NCBI RefSeq assembly: GCF_001194135.2
Contig: NC_068984.1
Location: forward strand, 73,070,915 to 73,134,914
Length of the DNA: 64,000 nucleotides
Reading direction: 5' to 3'
From: Octopus bimaculoides
Lineage: Eukaryota
The notes under the pieces are model-generated. The model was not told where the DNA came from and did not search any database. It saw only the letters and a list, made by a program, of their open reading frames with translations. A program made the translations under genes and the position numbers. Positions 51,390-62,506 of this stretch are shown here, piece by piece. Numbering within the stretch: the first letter of the stretch is position 1; every line of letters begins with the position of its first letter.

Positions 51390-52030
51390 TTTATGGTTTC
51401 CTTTTATTATAACTTTATTTCAACTGCTTTAGTACCGGGCATGCTCCGGAGGTCAAGATTAGCAAGGGCACTTTTGTTTTTCTATGCATGCTAAAATTAT
51501 CACCATATTTATTCCATTTTAGATGGAGAGTGCTTTCCGTACTATATTGGCTGTAACCATCAAGCCTATCTTTTGTAGTTCACAGAGATTGGAGTTACGA
51601 GAACTTGCTTTATATACTTCTCAGTTCCCTTCTTTATCATTCCCAACGCACTAGTTACTACTGGTATTATCGTAGTATTAAGCAACCACATTTTTGTCAT
51701 TTCAATTTGCATATCTTTATAGTGAGAAAGCTTTTCGTATTCCTCTCTTGAGACATTTCGATCTTGTGGGACAGATGTATCTATTAACAGACAAATTTCC
51801 TTGTTGTAGTCTTTGATCACAATGTCTGGTCGACTGGAATCAATTTTTCTGTCTGTTTGTATTGGGATGCCCTCACCATTTACTACATCCCCTCGATGGT
51901 GCTTGCACCAGTCATCATATAATTTGATTTTGTAGCATTTACAAGCATTCCAGTGGGTGTATTGCCCTAGTCTGTCATGTCTTATGAGGTACTCCTTTTC
52001 AGCGAGAACTGGGCAGCCAGAAACATAAAG
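51390..52030 (-). mobile_element. R4/Dong 3' fragment (CCHC end, RLE, 3' UTR) ending in (AAT)n/(ACT)n
   Basis: Minus strand reads SGCPVLAEKEYLIRHDRLGQY...RPDIVIKDYNKEICLLIDTSVPQDRNV...YKDMQIEMTKMW...SALGMIKK, ending ANIVRKALSI*. Confidence 0.9.
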
Positions 52031-52479
52031 TCAGTGGAAAAGTTAGTTGTAACCTGGATAGGAGGGTGTATGCCGCCCAATAACGTCGTGGGACGCTGGT
52101 CTGGGGGACCAGTGAAATTTCTTGGAATATGAATGGAGGACTGAGCATGTCATGGTTGTGGGAAAAATTCCAACCTGCTGCTTTCAGGACACCCTACATG
52201 TATCACAGCCACCAGTCCAACGACCAAAGCCACCATCATTAACAGTAATACAAAAACCAGCATACCAACATAATAACGGAGGCGACAACGATCTTACAAC
52301 GTTACCGAATATAATGAAAGGAAACATAATATAACAACCAACAACAAATGTTCAACGAGAAATAATCTTAACATTGCAGTACCAACCATTTCCGCCAAAA
52401 ATCTAACGTGGTTCCGTTTTCTGTCGTAGACAAAGCTACCAGCAGCAACAATACCTATAGCAAAATCGAGGTAATATCA

Positions 52480-52790
52480 GTTAGAACGATTATTATCGAG
52501 AAACTTGCGATACAGAGGAAGGAACCGCATAAGATTAGTGGATTCTTTCAGAAAGAAAGAATATTACTTTGACTGTTCCTCGTGGGACCAACAAATGTTA
52601 AGTGGGCTACTAGTTTATGAACACACAGGACTGAGAAGTGTAGAAACTAACGCATTAGCGGGTAAAAATAATATAAGTAAATGGTATGGAAGCACACATT
52701 TTGTAGCTTCTGGTATGTACGGTACAATCGGATCCCACTCGGTTAGTGAAGCCAGCGATTACTCCCCTTTCACGTTTAACTAGGGGATGT
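52480..52790 (+). mobile_element. Possible degraded APE-type endonuclease of an RTE-like LINE
   Basis: RYRGRNRIRLV...EYYFDC...SGLLVYE loosely resembles the RWRG..ARL...YKxFW..G.GILV pattern. Weak. Confidence 0.3.
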
Positions 52791-54934
52791 GTTTCACATT
52801 CTACCGTACATGGATCGACTTGTGCCTAAGCTGTGCGTAGTAGATGCTCTTCCATAAATAAATATCTCGCAGTGGTCAAAATATCGTAGAGGTTCATATG
52901 CTGAAGAAAGCTCGTCTGAAAAGGTACGAAACTAAATAAAACATGAGTGGCATCAAGCCAGTACATGCCTAATCTTCCTGCAATAATAGCACAGAAATGT
53001 TAGCGAATGTCGAGGAAGAAGCTTTAGTGTCCACATATTTTGTGTCACAAAACACCTAAGTGCCTTCTGTTTACTGAAAAGAACGAATGAGCGAAGGCAT
53101 CCCACTGTTGTCTATCCCAAACCACTAAGGTTAAAACACCAACACTAACAAGTTCAGAAGCAACAGTAACCAGCAGCAAAGGTAACAGGAATAGCAGAGA
53201 TAACTTCCGAAATTACTTCTAAAAAGACTATCTTTGATTACTCAGCGATTATAAGGTTAGCGGTTGAATGATGTTCGCCTTTACCAAAATATTTTGGCAA
53301 CAATAGTTATATATTACTTCAATTGTATGATACGAAGAGTACGTAATGTTTACATTAAGTGTAACGTCTTGAGAATTAAACATAATGATGTTAGTCGAAT
53401 TCCGGTGATTAAGGCAAAAAAAAAAAAGAAATGAAGTGATGTTGAACATTCCAGTTACTTGGAGATCAATACATGTATATATATGTGTGCATTTATATAC
53501 GTACTGTCGGCGCACACACAAATTTATATATATATATATATATNNNNNNNNNNNNNNNNNNNNNNNNNNNNNNNNNNNNNNNNNNNNNNNNNNNNNNNNN
53601 NNNNNNNNNNNNNNNNNNNNNNNNNNNNNNNNNNNNNNNNNNNNNNNNNNNNNNNNNNNNNNNNNNNNNNNNNNNNNNNNNNNNNNNNNNNNNNNNNNNN
53701 NNNNNNNNNNNNNNNNNNNNNNNNNNNNNNNNNNNNNNNNNNNNNNNNNNNNNNNNNNNNNNNNNNNNNNNNNNNNNNNNNNNNNNNNNNNNNNNNNNNN
53801 NNNTATATCGGTTACTGTCGCAGCGTATGTCTGAAAATGATGTTAACCAGTCTTGTCATTTATTAAAGGAAAAAGGATTTATTTCATTATCCAATTCTTA
53901 CATATGTTTACCGGCCACTTTTTGATATACATTATGGCAAAGATAAAAAAAAGAAAAGGTTACGAATAACGTAGAACTATCGAAGACACAGAATAGAAGG
54001 ATAGAGAATAGCATAGAAGAGATAGCGCTATTGCTTTTGGTTTCTTTAATTCGAAGAAGATAAAATGGATTTTCTTAGGTGGACAGTTATAAGTTCTGTT
54101 TTTTATTTTTTCACTCGTATTTTTCGCTATAATCATGCAGTCTGTATTCATATATTTATGTCTATATAATTATGCATTTGACAACCGGCGTGATAATAGC
54201 TTTAGCCACCCTATTGTATACACAACAATGTCTTTATTCTACGTCAAATAAAAAAAAAAAAACAGATATCGTATGGAAAAATCTAGAAGAAAAAAATTAA
54301 CATCCACAAAAATAAATGAGAAAAAGATTTTGCTTCAAAATCTTCTGTACTTTTCTCGAAGAAGTTAATTTTTTGAAAAATTGGTTTCATAGGAAGAATT
54401 TGACGTTTAATTATATTAATTCTATAATAATGATTGTCATTTCTTTTAATGAATCATGATGGTTCCATTCTTTATATTAATCGCTTTCATTTATACTAAA
54501 CTGTACTCATTAAAGAGCAGGAAAGTGGACAGCACATGTAATGTCACTAAGAAATCAGTTTCACTGTGATCTTATTATCAATTTGTTTTTACATACGTAA
54601 ATCATTGTTCTTACAACTGCTGTTGATTTCGTTGCTGCTGCAATTGTTGTTGTTGGTATAGTTGTTGTTGCTGTTTTTGCTGTTTTTTGTTATTGCTGTT
54701 TTTGTTGTTGTTGTTGTTGTTGCTTAGCCTAGATGTGAAGTAATTTATATTTTATGAGACATTTTCTTACCGTAGCCATCGCGTCTGCTGTAAAAGCGTT
54801 GTGTATCAGAATCTACATGCCTTAAAACGTGTGGACGGATATCATACACCCACGCACGCACACGCACATACACGCACACACTCATACACACACTCACGCG
54901 CGCATACACACACACACATACATATACACAACGA

Positions 54935-55200
54935 TTAGGGTACTTGGTTCACAAGCTTACGTTCATGTGTTCGATTCCCGGCGGCGCATCGTGTCCTTAA
55001 GCAAGACACTTCATTTCACATTGCTCCAGTCCACTCAGCTTGCGAAAATAAGTAATACATGTAGTTCGAAACAGCCAGGTTTGACACACTGAATCTTCCT
55101 AGGAACTACGTTAAAACTACCCGTGTCTTTGGAGTGTTCAAACGTTGCACGTTAATCTCACGAGCAGAATTTTCCGTTGCTCGGATCAACCGGAACACTC
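54935..55200 (+). mobile_element. tRNA-derived CORE-like SINE, distinct subfamily
   Basis: B box GTTCGATTCCC followed by GTGTCCTTAAGCAAGACACTTCATTTCACATTGCTCCAGTCCACTCAGC. Confidence 0.75.
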
Positions 55201-55222
55201 CTCATCGTATATATATAGTAGT

Positions 55223-55620
55223 ACTCTTTTACCTGTTTCCGTCATTTGACTGCGGCCATGCTGGAGCACCGCCTGTAGTCGAGAAAATCGACCCCAGGAC
55301 TTATTCTTTGTAAGCCTAGTTCTTATTCTATCGGTCTCTTTTTGCCAAACGGCTAAGTTACGGGGACGTTAACACACCAGCATCGGTTGTCAAGCGATGT
55401 TGGGGGTACAAACACAGACACACAAACACACATACATACATAATTATACACATATATACGACGGGCTTCTTTCAGTTTCCGTCTACCAAATCCATGCACA
55501 AAGCTTTGGTCGGCCCGAGGCTATAGTAGAAGACATTTGCCCAAGGTGCCACTCAGTGGGACTGAACCCGGAACCATGTGGTTTGTAAGCAAGCGACTTA
55601 CCACACAGCCACTCCTGCGC
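55223..55620 (-). mobile_element. SINE family B, full length and well preserved
   Basis: Reverse complement begins GCGCAGGAGTGGCTGTGTGGTAAG...GGTTCAGTCCC...GCACCTTGGGCAAATGTCTTCTACTATAGCC. Confidence 0.92.
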
Positions 55621-55937
55621 CTAATAACAAGAAATTTGAAAGGAAATTGGTAAAAACCTTTAATATATGTACGGTTTTGTGGTTGCAGATCACGTCCGAT
55701 GGAAACAGAAGAGAGAGAATTTTACAGAAAATTAATAGAAGTCCTAAAGTGGGGTAATTAGACTATAATTATTGCTAAATATTTCTACGGAGAAGCGACT
55801 TTTAAATTTATTTAGGTTCTCGCTTCTCTCACTCCTGCGTCAAACAATGTAGAAATGGTTTCTGGCAACGAAACTATAAGTAATGTGAAAGTGAGACAGC
55901 TTGTTATACATATATATATATATGTGTGTGTGTGTGC

Positions 55938-56020
<83 letters not shown>

Positions 56021-56022
<2 letters not shown>

Positions 56023-56335
56023 GTATTTCGGGATGGTAATTTTTTCCCCGAATAAACATACGCACTATCCATATACCTTTTCTGCATTTGTTTATTACTG
56101 TTCTTATTTTATTACTATAACTCATGTCCGGAAATCTTTCGTCACACATCTATGACATCCTAAGCGACACTTTTCGTTTTCGTGTGTGATCTTGCTCCAC
56201 TTACTCCATTCTTTTCTTCTAAGATGTGTATCCTTACGTGCGCATGCGTTTGTGTCCTTGTTTATAAGTGTGTGTGAGTGTGTTTGTATGTGTGCGTGTA
56301 TGCTTATGTGTGTGTGTGTCATAGTCTTTAATCTT
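56021..56335 (+). repeat. Direct repeat copy 1 (copy 2 at ~57526-57915)
   Basis: Shared blocks TTGTATTTCGGGA, CATGTCCGGAAATCTTTCGTCACACAT and CTTGCTCCA..TACTCCATT..TTCTTCTAAGATGTGTATCCT; roughly 75-80% identical by eye. Confidence 0.85.
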
Positions 56336-56339
56336 TGTC

Positions 56340-57100
56340 GCATGTCAGTCCCAGGAGGACTAACATCCAACAATGATTACTTAGATAAACATGACCTTAG
56401 TTGCATATATACCACTAGATCTATAAGGATAAGAGGTGGACCCTTCCCACACTCACTATAACTTCTATGACCAAGAAAACCCTTAAACAGAGATGGAACG
56501 GGTGGACCAGAACTATACAGACCCTGAAAATAATGATCAGGTTAAAAAGATTATCGGGCATACGGTGGGTGCGAGTACCAATACCACACCCAAGGGTCAT
56601 ATATTTAAGTTTAATAACAAGATATACGCCCCAGTGGAAGGTGCAGCCATCGGTACCAGAATTGCTGGCGATGTGGCTAACCTATTTATGGTATGGTGCG
56701 GTAGGAGACTTAAAGAGAAATTAGCAGAGAATTCCATAAACCTAACCACGTACTCCCGCTACGTAGATGATATCAACATAGTAGCCAGAGCATCCCTACA
56801 AGACAATGTTGATGATCTAGAAGCTACCATTATGGAGAGCATACAGCAAGTAACTAACTCCCTCCACCAGAGTATAGAAATAAAGGTAGACTACCCCAGT
56901 AAGCACCATAACTATAGATTACCTGTTTTAGACTCTGAACTCTGGCTAGAAACGAAGAAGACAAAAGTCCACATCCTTCACTCACGTTATGTTAAACCCA
57001 TGGCCTCTACGTACCTTGTTCACAAGAAGGCACCGATTGCGGACAACGCCAAGTTCAACATTCTGATAGCTGACTTGGTGAGAGTAAAGAAGAATGCATA
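56340..57100 (+). mobile_element. Penelope-like reverse transcriptase fragment, resembling the Naiad clade
   Basis: About 200 open codons from 56493: FKFNNKIY..EGAAIGTRIAGDVANLFMVW, RYVDDI, KVDYPSKH..RLPVLD, YVKPMAS..VHK, K.NIL.ADLVR. One upstream frameshift; cut off by (TACA)n and a gap. The PLE assignment is firm; the clade is from memory. Confidence 0.85.
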
Positions 57101-59138
57101 TACATACATACATACAAATATNNNNNNNNNNNNNNNNNNNNNNNNNNNNNNNNNNNNNNNNNNNNNNNNNNNNNNNNNNNNNNNNNNNNNNNNNNNNNNN
57201 NNNNNNNNNNNNNNNNNNNNNNNNNNNNNNNNNNNNNNNNNNNNNNNNNNNNNNNNNNNNNNNNNNNNNNNNNNNNNNNNNNNNNNNNNNNNNNNNNNNN
57301 NNNNNNNNNNNNNNNNNNNNNNNNNNNNNNNNNNNNNNNNNNNNNNNNNNNNNNNNNNNNNNNNNNNNNNNNNNNNNNNNNNNNNNNNNNNNNNNNNNNN
57401 NNNNNNNNNNNNNNNNNNNNNNNNNNNNNNNNNNNNNNNNNNNNNNTATATATATATATATATGTACACATTCATCAATCCGTTTTGCTAGATTCCTGTG
57501 TTGAAATCGTGTGTTGAAACAGATATTGTTGTATTTCGGGACGGTCATTTTTTTTTTGTTTATTTGGTTTTTGCCAAATAAACACACGCGCTATATTTCT
57601 TTTCTTCACTCGTTCATTACTGTTCTTATTTTATTAATTTAACGCATGTCCGGAAATCTTTCGTCACACATTTGTGATCTCTTCAACAACAATTTTCGTT
57701 TTCTTGTGTGTTCTTGCTCCATTTACTCCATTTTGTTCTTCTAAGATGTGTATCCTCATGTGCGCATGTGTCTGTGACCTTGTTTGTGTGTGCGTGTGTA
57801 TGTGTGTATGTGTGTATGCGTGTGTGTGTATGTGTGTATGCGTGTGTGTGTATGTGTGTATGCGTGTGTGTGTGTATGTGTGTATGCGTGTGTGTGTATG
57901 TTTGTGACATAGTTTTAGCAGCTGTGTGGCCATCCCTTCAGTCCCATGTAAAGGACATCACCAACGGTGCAAATAACACGAAAAACGTAAAGAACGAGAA
58001 AAAAGGGAAAACAGGACAAGTAAATAGAGAGAAAGGACCGTTCATCAATTGTCGGCTGTCTGTCTACTCCTCATTTCGAGCATTCAACAACATGACTCTT
58101 CAAAGACAGTTGCTCTCATAAGTTCTAAAATAAAATTTAGGATTTATGGAGGGTCAAAGTTGGGAACAAAAACATGACAGTGGAGACATACAAGGAAACC
58201 GACCAGAACGAGACCAGAACGAGAGAAAAATAGTGAACGCTATGATAAAAAATGTTTGAAAAGAGAAAAGATAGGAGAGAGGGAGAAATATATATATATA
58301 AAGAGAAACAGATAGATAGAGAGAGAGAGAAACAGATAGACAGACAGACATGCATATATACATATATGCAGGCAGACTGACAGACAGATATGCAAATACG
58401 GTTTGATGGATGAACGGACGGCAGTGTGTAATTTGTGAACGTGGTGATAAAATTGCTAAATACTAAGAAGAATCAACGACAGTGATTTACTCTCTTTGTA
58501 CACGGATAAAATAACACATAAAGCAATATGAATGTGCATGCAAGTGTGTTGCTCGTTTTGTATTTCAATTCTGTTCTCATCATCTTTGTCTGCAAGTATC
58601 TGTGTCATGGTTTATTGTAAAAATGATGCCCGAACTTTGAAGCTAACGTTTATAGTAATTATCCACGTTAATCCAAACTATCTTACCCTCTATCTTCGTT
58701 ATCTGCCATTATATGGTCCGGTTAATAAGGCATGACTTATGTGATCACTTGACATGCTAGAAGCAACATAGAAATTACGTTCTTACATAGTGAAAAGGAA
58801 TTTGACTTCACTGAATCATTCAAACTGCTTGAAACAGTAATAAAAGCTTCCTTCCGTCTCATCATTTCAGCATATCATTACAAGATATAATCGCATTCGG
58901 GAAAAAAAGGGGGATGATTTACAACTTGGATAATTACTGAAATTTGTGACTAGACATCTGCAGTAATTATAGAGATGTCACGTATGCATGTAATGTCACA
59001 TCATGTGTGTGTGAGAGTGTGTGTGCGTGTGTATGTATGTGTCTGTGTGTGCGCGTGTCTGCGCGCGCGCGCGTCCGAATTTGGGTTTCCTATGATCCAG
59101 ACTATGATCTACTTTTCGTGAATTGATGAATACGATAA

Positions 59139-59285
59139 GCGCAGGCATGGTTGTGTGGTAAGAATCTTTCCTCCCAACTATATGGTTCAGTCATTCTGCG
59201 TGACAAGTGTCTTCTACTATAGCCCTGGGCCTACCACAAACTTATGAGTGAATTTGGTAGGCGAAAACAGAAAAAGCCCACTGTT
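59139..59285 (+). mobile_element. SINE family B, internally deleted
   Basis: GCGCAGGCATGGTTGTGTGGTAAG...CAAGTGTCTTCTACTATAGCCCTGGGC. Confidence 0.8.
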
Positions 59286-59288
59286 TAT

Positions 59289-59344
<56 letters not shown>

Positions 59345-59362
59345 CATATATATATAAATATA

Positions 59363-59397
<35 letters not shown>

Positions 59398-59458
59398 ATG
59401 TAAGTAGGTAGGTAGGTTGGTAGGTAGGTAGGTAGGTAGGTAGGTAGGTAGGTATTAT

Positions 59459-60028
59459 ACAGAATGAGATAACAAAGCCAAGTTTATGAGGAGTTTTCAG
59501 GACATTTATAATGAAATAGTCTTACAGCTGTTCCTGAGATATTTTGGATATCCCTTCATTAGAGACATTATGAGAAAATATTTGAGTTCTAATTATTGGG
59601 GAAAAGGAGGAGTTAATGAATATAGGGAGAAATAAGAGAATAAAAGTAGAAATAAGATATATAAAGATATTGCATTTGCAGTTCTATTATTCGAGAAGAA
59701 TGGTGTATAGAAGTGGTAAAAGAGCTTCCTGTACATGGTATGTAAGTTCCAATTGCAGTTCATGTTTAGTCCTTTGAAAGTATGGAGCCGTGGAGTCAGT
59801 GTTGCTCGTTCGAAAGGGTTTTGTGGTGTGAATGAAAATTTGAGAATGTATTGGTAATATTTGTGGATAGATGGGTGGGAAGGGGAGATGTGTATGATTA
59901 GAAAGAGGAGATAGGTCAAATTTGAAACAAGAAGAGAAAATGATAAGAAAGAGAGAAAAAATAAAAGTATATGAATATATATATATATACACATATATAT
60001 GTGTGTGTGCGTGTGTATGTATGTGTTC

Positions 60029-60093
<65 letters not shown>

Positions 60094-60795
60094 TATATGC
60101 AAATATATATGAATAAGTGAGTGCTTGTGAGTGCATGCGTACGTATGCCATTATACCTTCTTTCCTCCTCTCTGATTCCTACTTTCACTAGCCTCTCATA
60201 TACGTATATATATATATATAGTAATTTGACATCCTTGTGTTCTTCCCTCCACTTCAAATGTTACTACCAAAACTACTACTCATATGCAGCTCGTCATATC
60301 ACCCCTACTCACATATCTCACATTCTTTTACTCCTTACCTTCTCATCTCTTCCTATCCCTCCCCCAATCACGTTATCTTGACCACCAACTAACACTCCTT
60401 TCCTCATTTCTTTCACCTTTTCTTTACTTTTTTTCACTCTTTTCACTTTTTGTTTTTCGTTTTTTCCTTTTTTCTTTTTCCTTTTTTCTCTCTTTCTTCC
60501 CCTCATTTTCTCTTCTTGTTTCAAATTTGATCTATCTCCTCTTTCTAATCATACACATCTCTCTTCCCCCATCTTTACACAAATACTACCAATACATTTT
60601 CAAATTTTCATTCACACCACAAAACCCTTTCGAATGAGCAACGCTGATTCCACAGCCCCATACTTTGAAAGGACTAAACATGGACTGCTTTTGGAACGTA
60701 CATACCATGCACAGGAAGCTCTTTTACCACTTCTATACACCATTTTTCTCCAATAATAGAACTGCAAATACAATATCCTTATATATCTTATTTCT
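59459..60795. mobile_element. Large inverted pair of PLE-type 3' regions (minus 59459-59960; plus 60485-60795) around a microsatellite core
   Basis: Arms of ~310 bp (59648-59960 and 60485-60795) at about 85-90% identity. Both encode TPQNPFE...[29 protein letters not shown]. Confidence 0.88.
59518..59567 (-). ncRNA. Hammerhead motif with two core mutations (probably inactive)
   Basis: Minus strand: TGTCT CTAATGA AGGGATATCCAAAATATCTCA GGAAC AGCT GTA AGAC. Stem I is intact; G5 and A13 are substituted. Confidence 0.55.
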
Positions 60796-61941
60796 GAACC
60801 ACAGAGGGATGTTTTTCTCTTTTTACCAGTCCGAAAGGCAAGTGATACATATATATATATATATATCAGGACTATGTGTGTGCTTGAGGAAAGAAGTTGG
60901 ATACTGCTATATGTGAGACAATAATAAGAGAATTATTGTTATGAAATAGCATGTGTATTCAAAATTACAAACGTAGGTAAACAGAATTTTCCAAACTATG
61001 CTTTCATAAGTTTTAATCCGCGTTACTCGCAGTACAATTCTTCTCTTTAACCAAGAACTTTATTGCCATCCTACTATCAAGTTCGGGATTGATTGCAAAT
61101 CATTGGCTCGTTGTAACATTGATATTTTGTTAAAAATTATTTTCTTGAATTTTACAAATCACTTAAAAACTTACGGAATATTGACAATCTCATACACCCA
61201 TAACAAAAGAGATTATTCTTGATCTCCGTGAGGAAATTGTTTGCCACCATGTAGCATTAGGCTGCTATTGATTCTATTGTCGGTCAGCAGCAGCCTCACC
61301 CAATAGCAGTCATCAATAATTAATAGTCAAATTTCATTGATCCCACCACGTGATCTAAAGAAAATATGAAGAATGAGCATTTCTTATTCTTCCATGATAA
61401 AGTTCTATTTTGAAACTCTCTGTGTGTTTGTGTGTGTTTGTGTGTGTGCGTGCGTGTGTGCGCGTGCGTGTGTGTGTGCGTGCGTGTGTGTGCGTGCGTG
61501 TGTGTGCGTGAGTTGCAATAATGAGATCAATCCTAAAAATGATATTTTGAAATCATTTCACACGTACGTTTCAGGTTTCTATAATATATAAGAGGATAAC
61601 AGGAAATGCATCTGTGANNNNNNNNNNNNNNNNNNNNNNNNNNNNNNNNNNNNNNNNNNNNNNNNNNNNNNNNNNNNNNNNNNNNNNNNNNNNNNNNNNN
61701 NNNNNNNNNNNNNNNNNNNNNNNNNNNNNNNNNNNNNNNNNNNNNNNNNNNNNNNNNNNNNNNNNNNNNNNNNNNNNNNNNNNNNNNNNNNNNNNNNNNN
61801 NNNNNNNNNNNNNNNNNNNNNNNNNNNNNNNNNNNNNNNNNNNNNNNNNNNNNNNNNNNNNNNNNNNNNNNNNNNNNNNNNNNNNNNNNNNNNNNNNNNN
61901 NNNNNNNNNNNNATATATATATATATATATATATACATATA

Positions 61942-62506
61942 TGGGATCTTTCTGATTTGACGGGCAACACTTTTCATTTATGTTTTATGTAGTGATTTTG
62001 GTACCGAAACACTTTCAAACTTCGTATACTTGTATATTTTGTGTTATAGAACAGATAAAAAATTTTGTGTATCGATGTTATTACATGTAAAAATAACTGT
62101 CGTATTTCAGTAATTTCAACCAATCAATGACGTCTATTGAGGTGAAAACAATTACTGCCGTGGAATGTAAACAACATGTTGTGAAGGTGTCATGGGATCT
62201 TTTCCCTTGCATAAAATTAGTACTGTAGTTTGTCAACAACAACTATCCGTGGTACTGTTATTTATGACATCGTCCGTGCATTTGTACTGGTTTTAGCTTT
62301 AGGGCTTTAGGGTTAGGGTTCGGGTTTTAGAGTTAGGGTTAGTTTTAGGGTTACGGTTAGGGTTATGATTATTTTTGCCATAACCTCACTCATAACCCTA
62401 ACCCTAACCCTAAAACCCTATAACTCATAAACATAATCCTAACCCTAACCCCAACCCTAACCCTAAAACCCTAACCCTAACTCTAAAACCTGAACCCTAA
62501 ACCCTT
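61942..62506 (+). mobile_element. Probable non-autonomous palindromic DNA element containing telomere-like repeats
   Basis: Starts TGGGATCTTT, shares a ~35-bp block with 39860-39905, then (TTAGGG)-like 62289-62367, an 11-nt spacer and (CCCTAA)-like 62379-62506 into a gap. Confidence 0.6.
62289..62506. repeat. Degenerate head-to-head interstitial telomeric-type repeats (TTAGGG)n/(CCCTAA)n
   Basis: Directly visible. The symmetry centre is GGTTATG-attatttttgc-CATAACC. Confidence 0.92.

Noticed and set aside
58040-58115. Minus-strand TTGAAGAG...CTCGAAA and TTGATGA as a hammerhead
   Set aside because: No register gives both a canonical NUH triplet and stem I, and stem III does not form.
511-59285. 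SINE heads as tRNA genes; regularly spaced SINE arrays as CRISPR-like repeats
   Set aside because: No cloverleaf can be completed. The arrays are diverged ~200-bp SINE units without short identical repeats and spacers, in a eukaryotic context.
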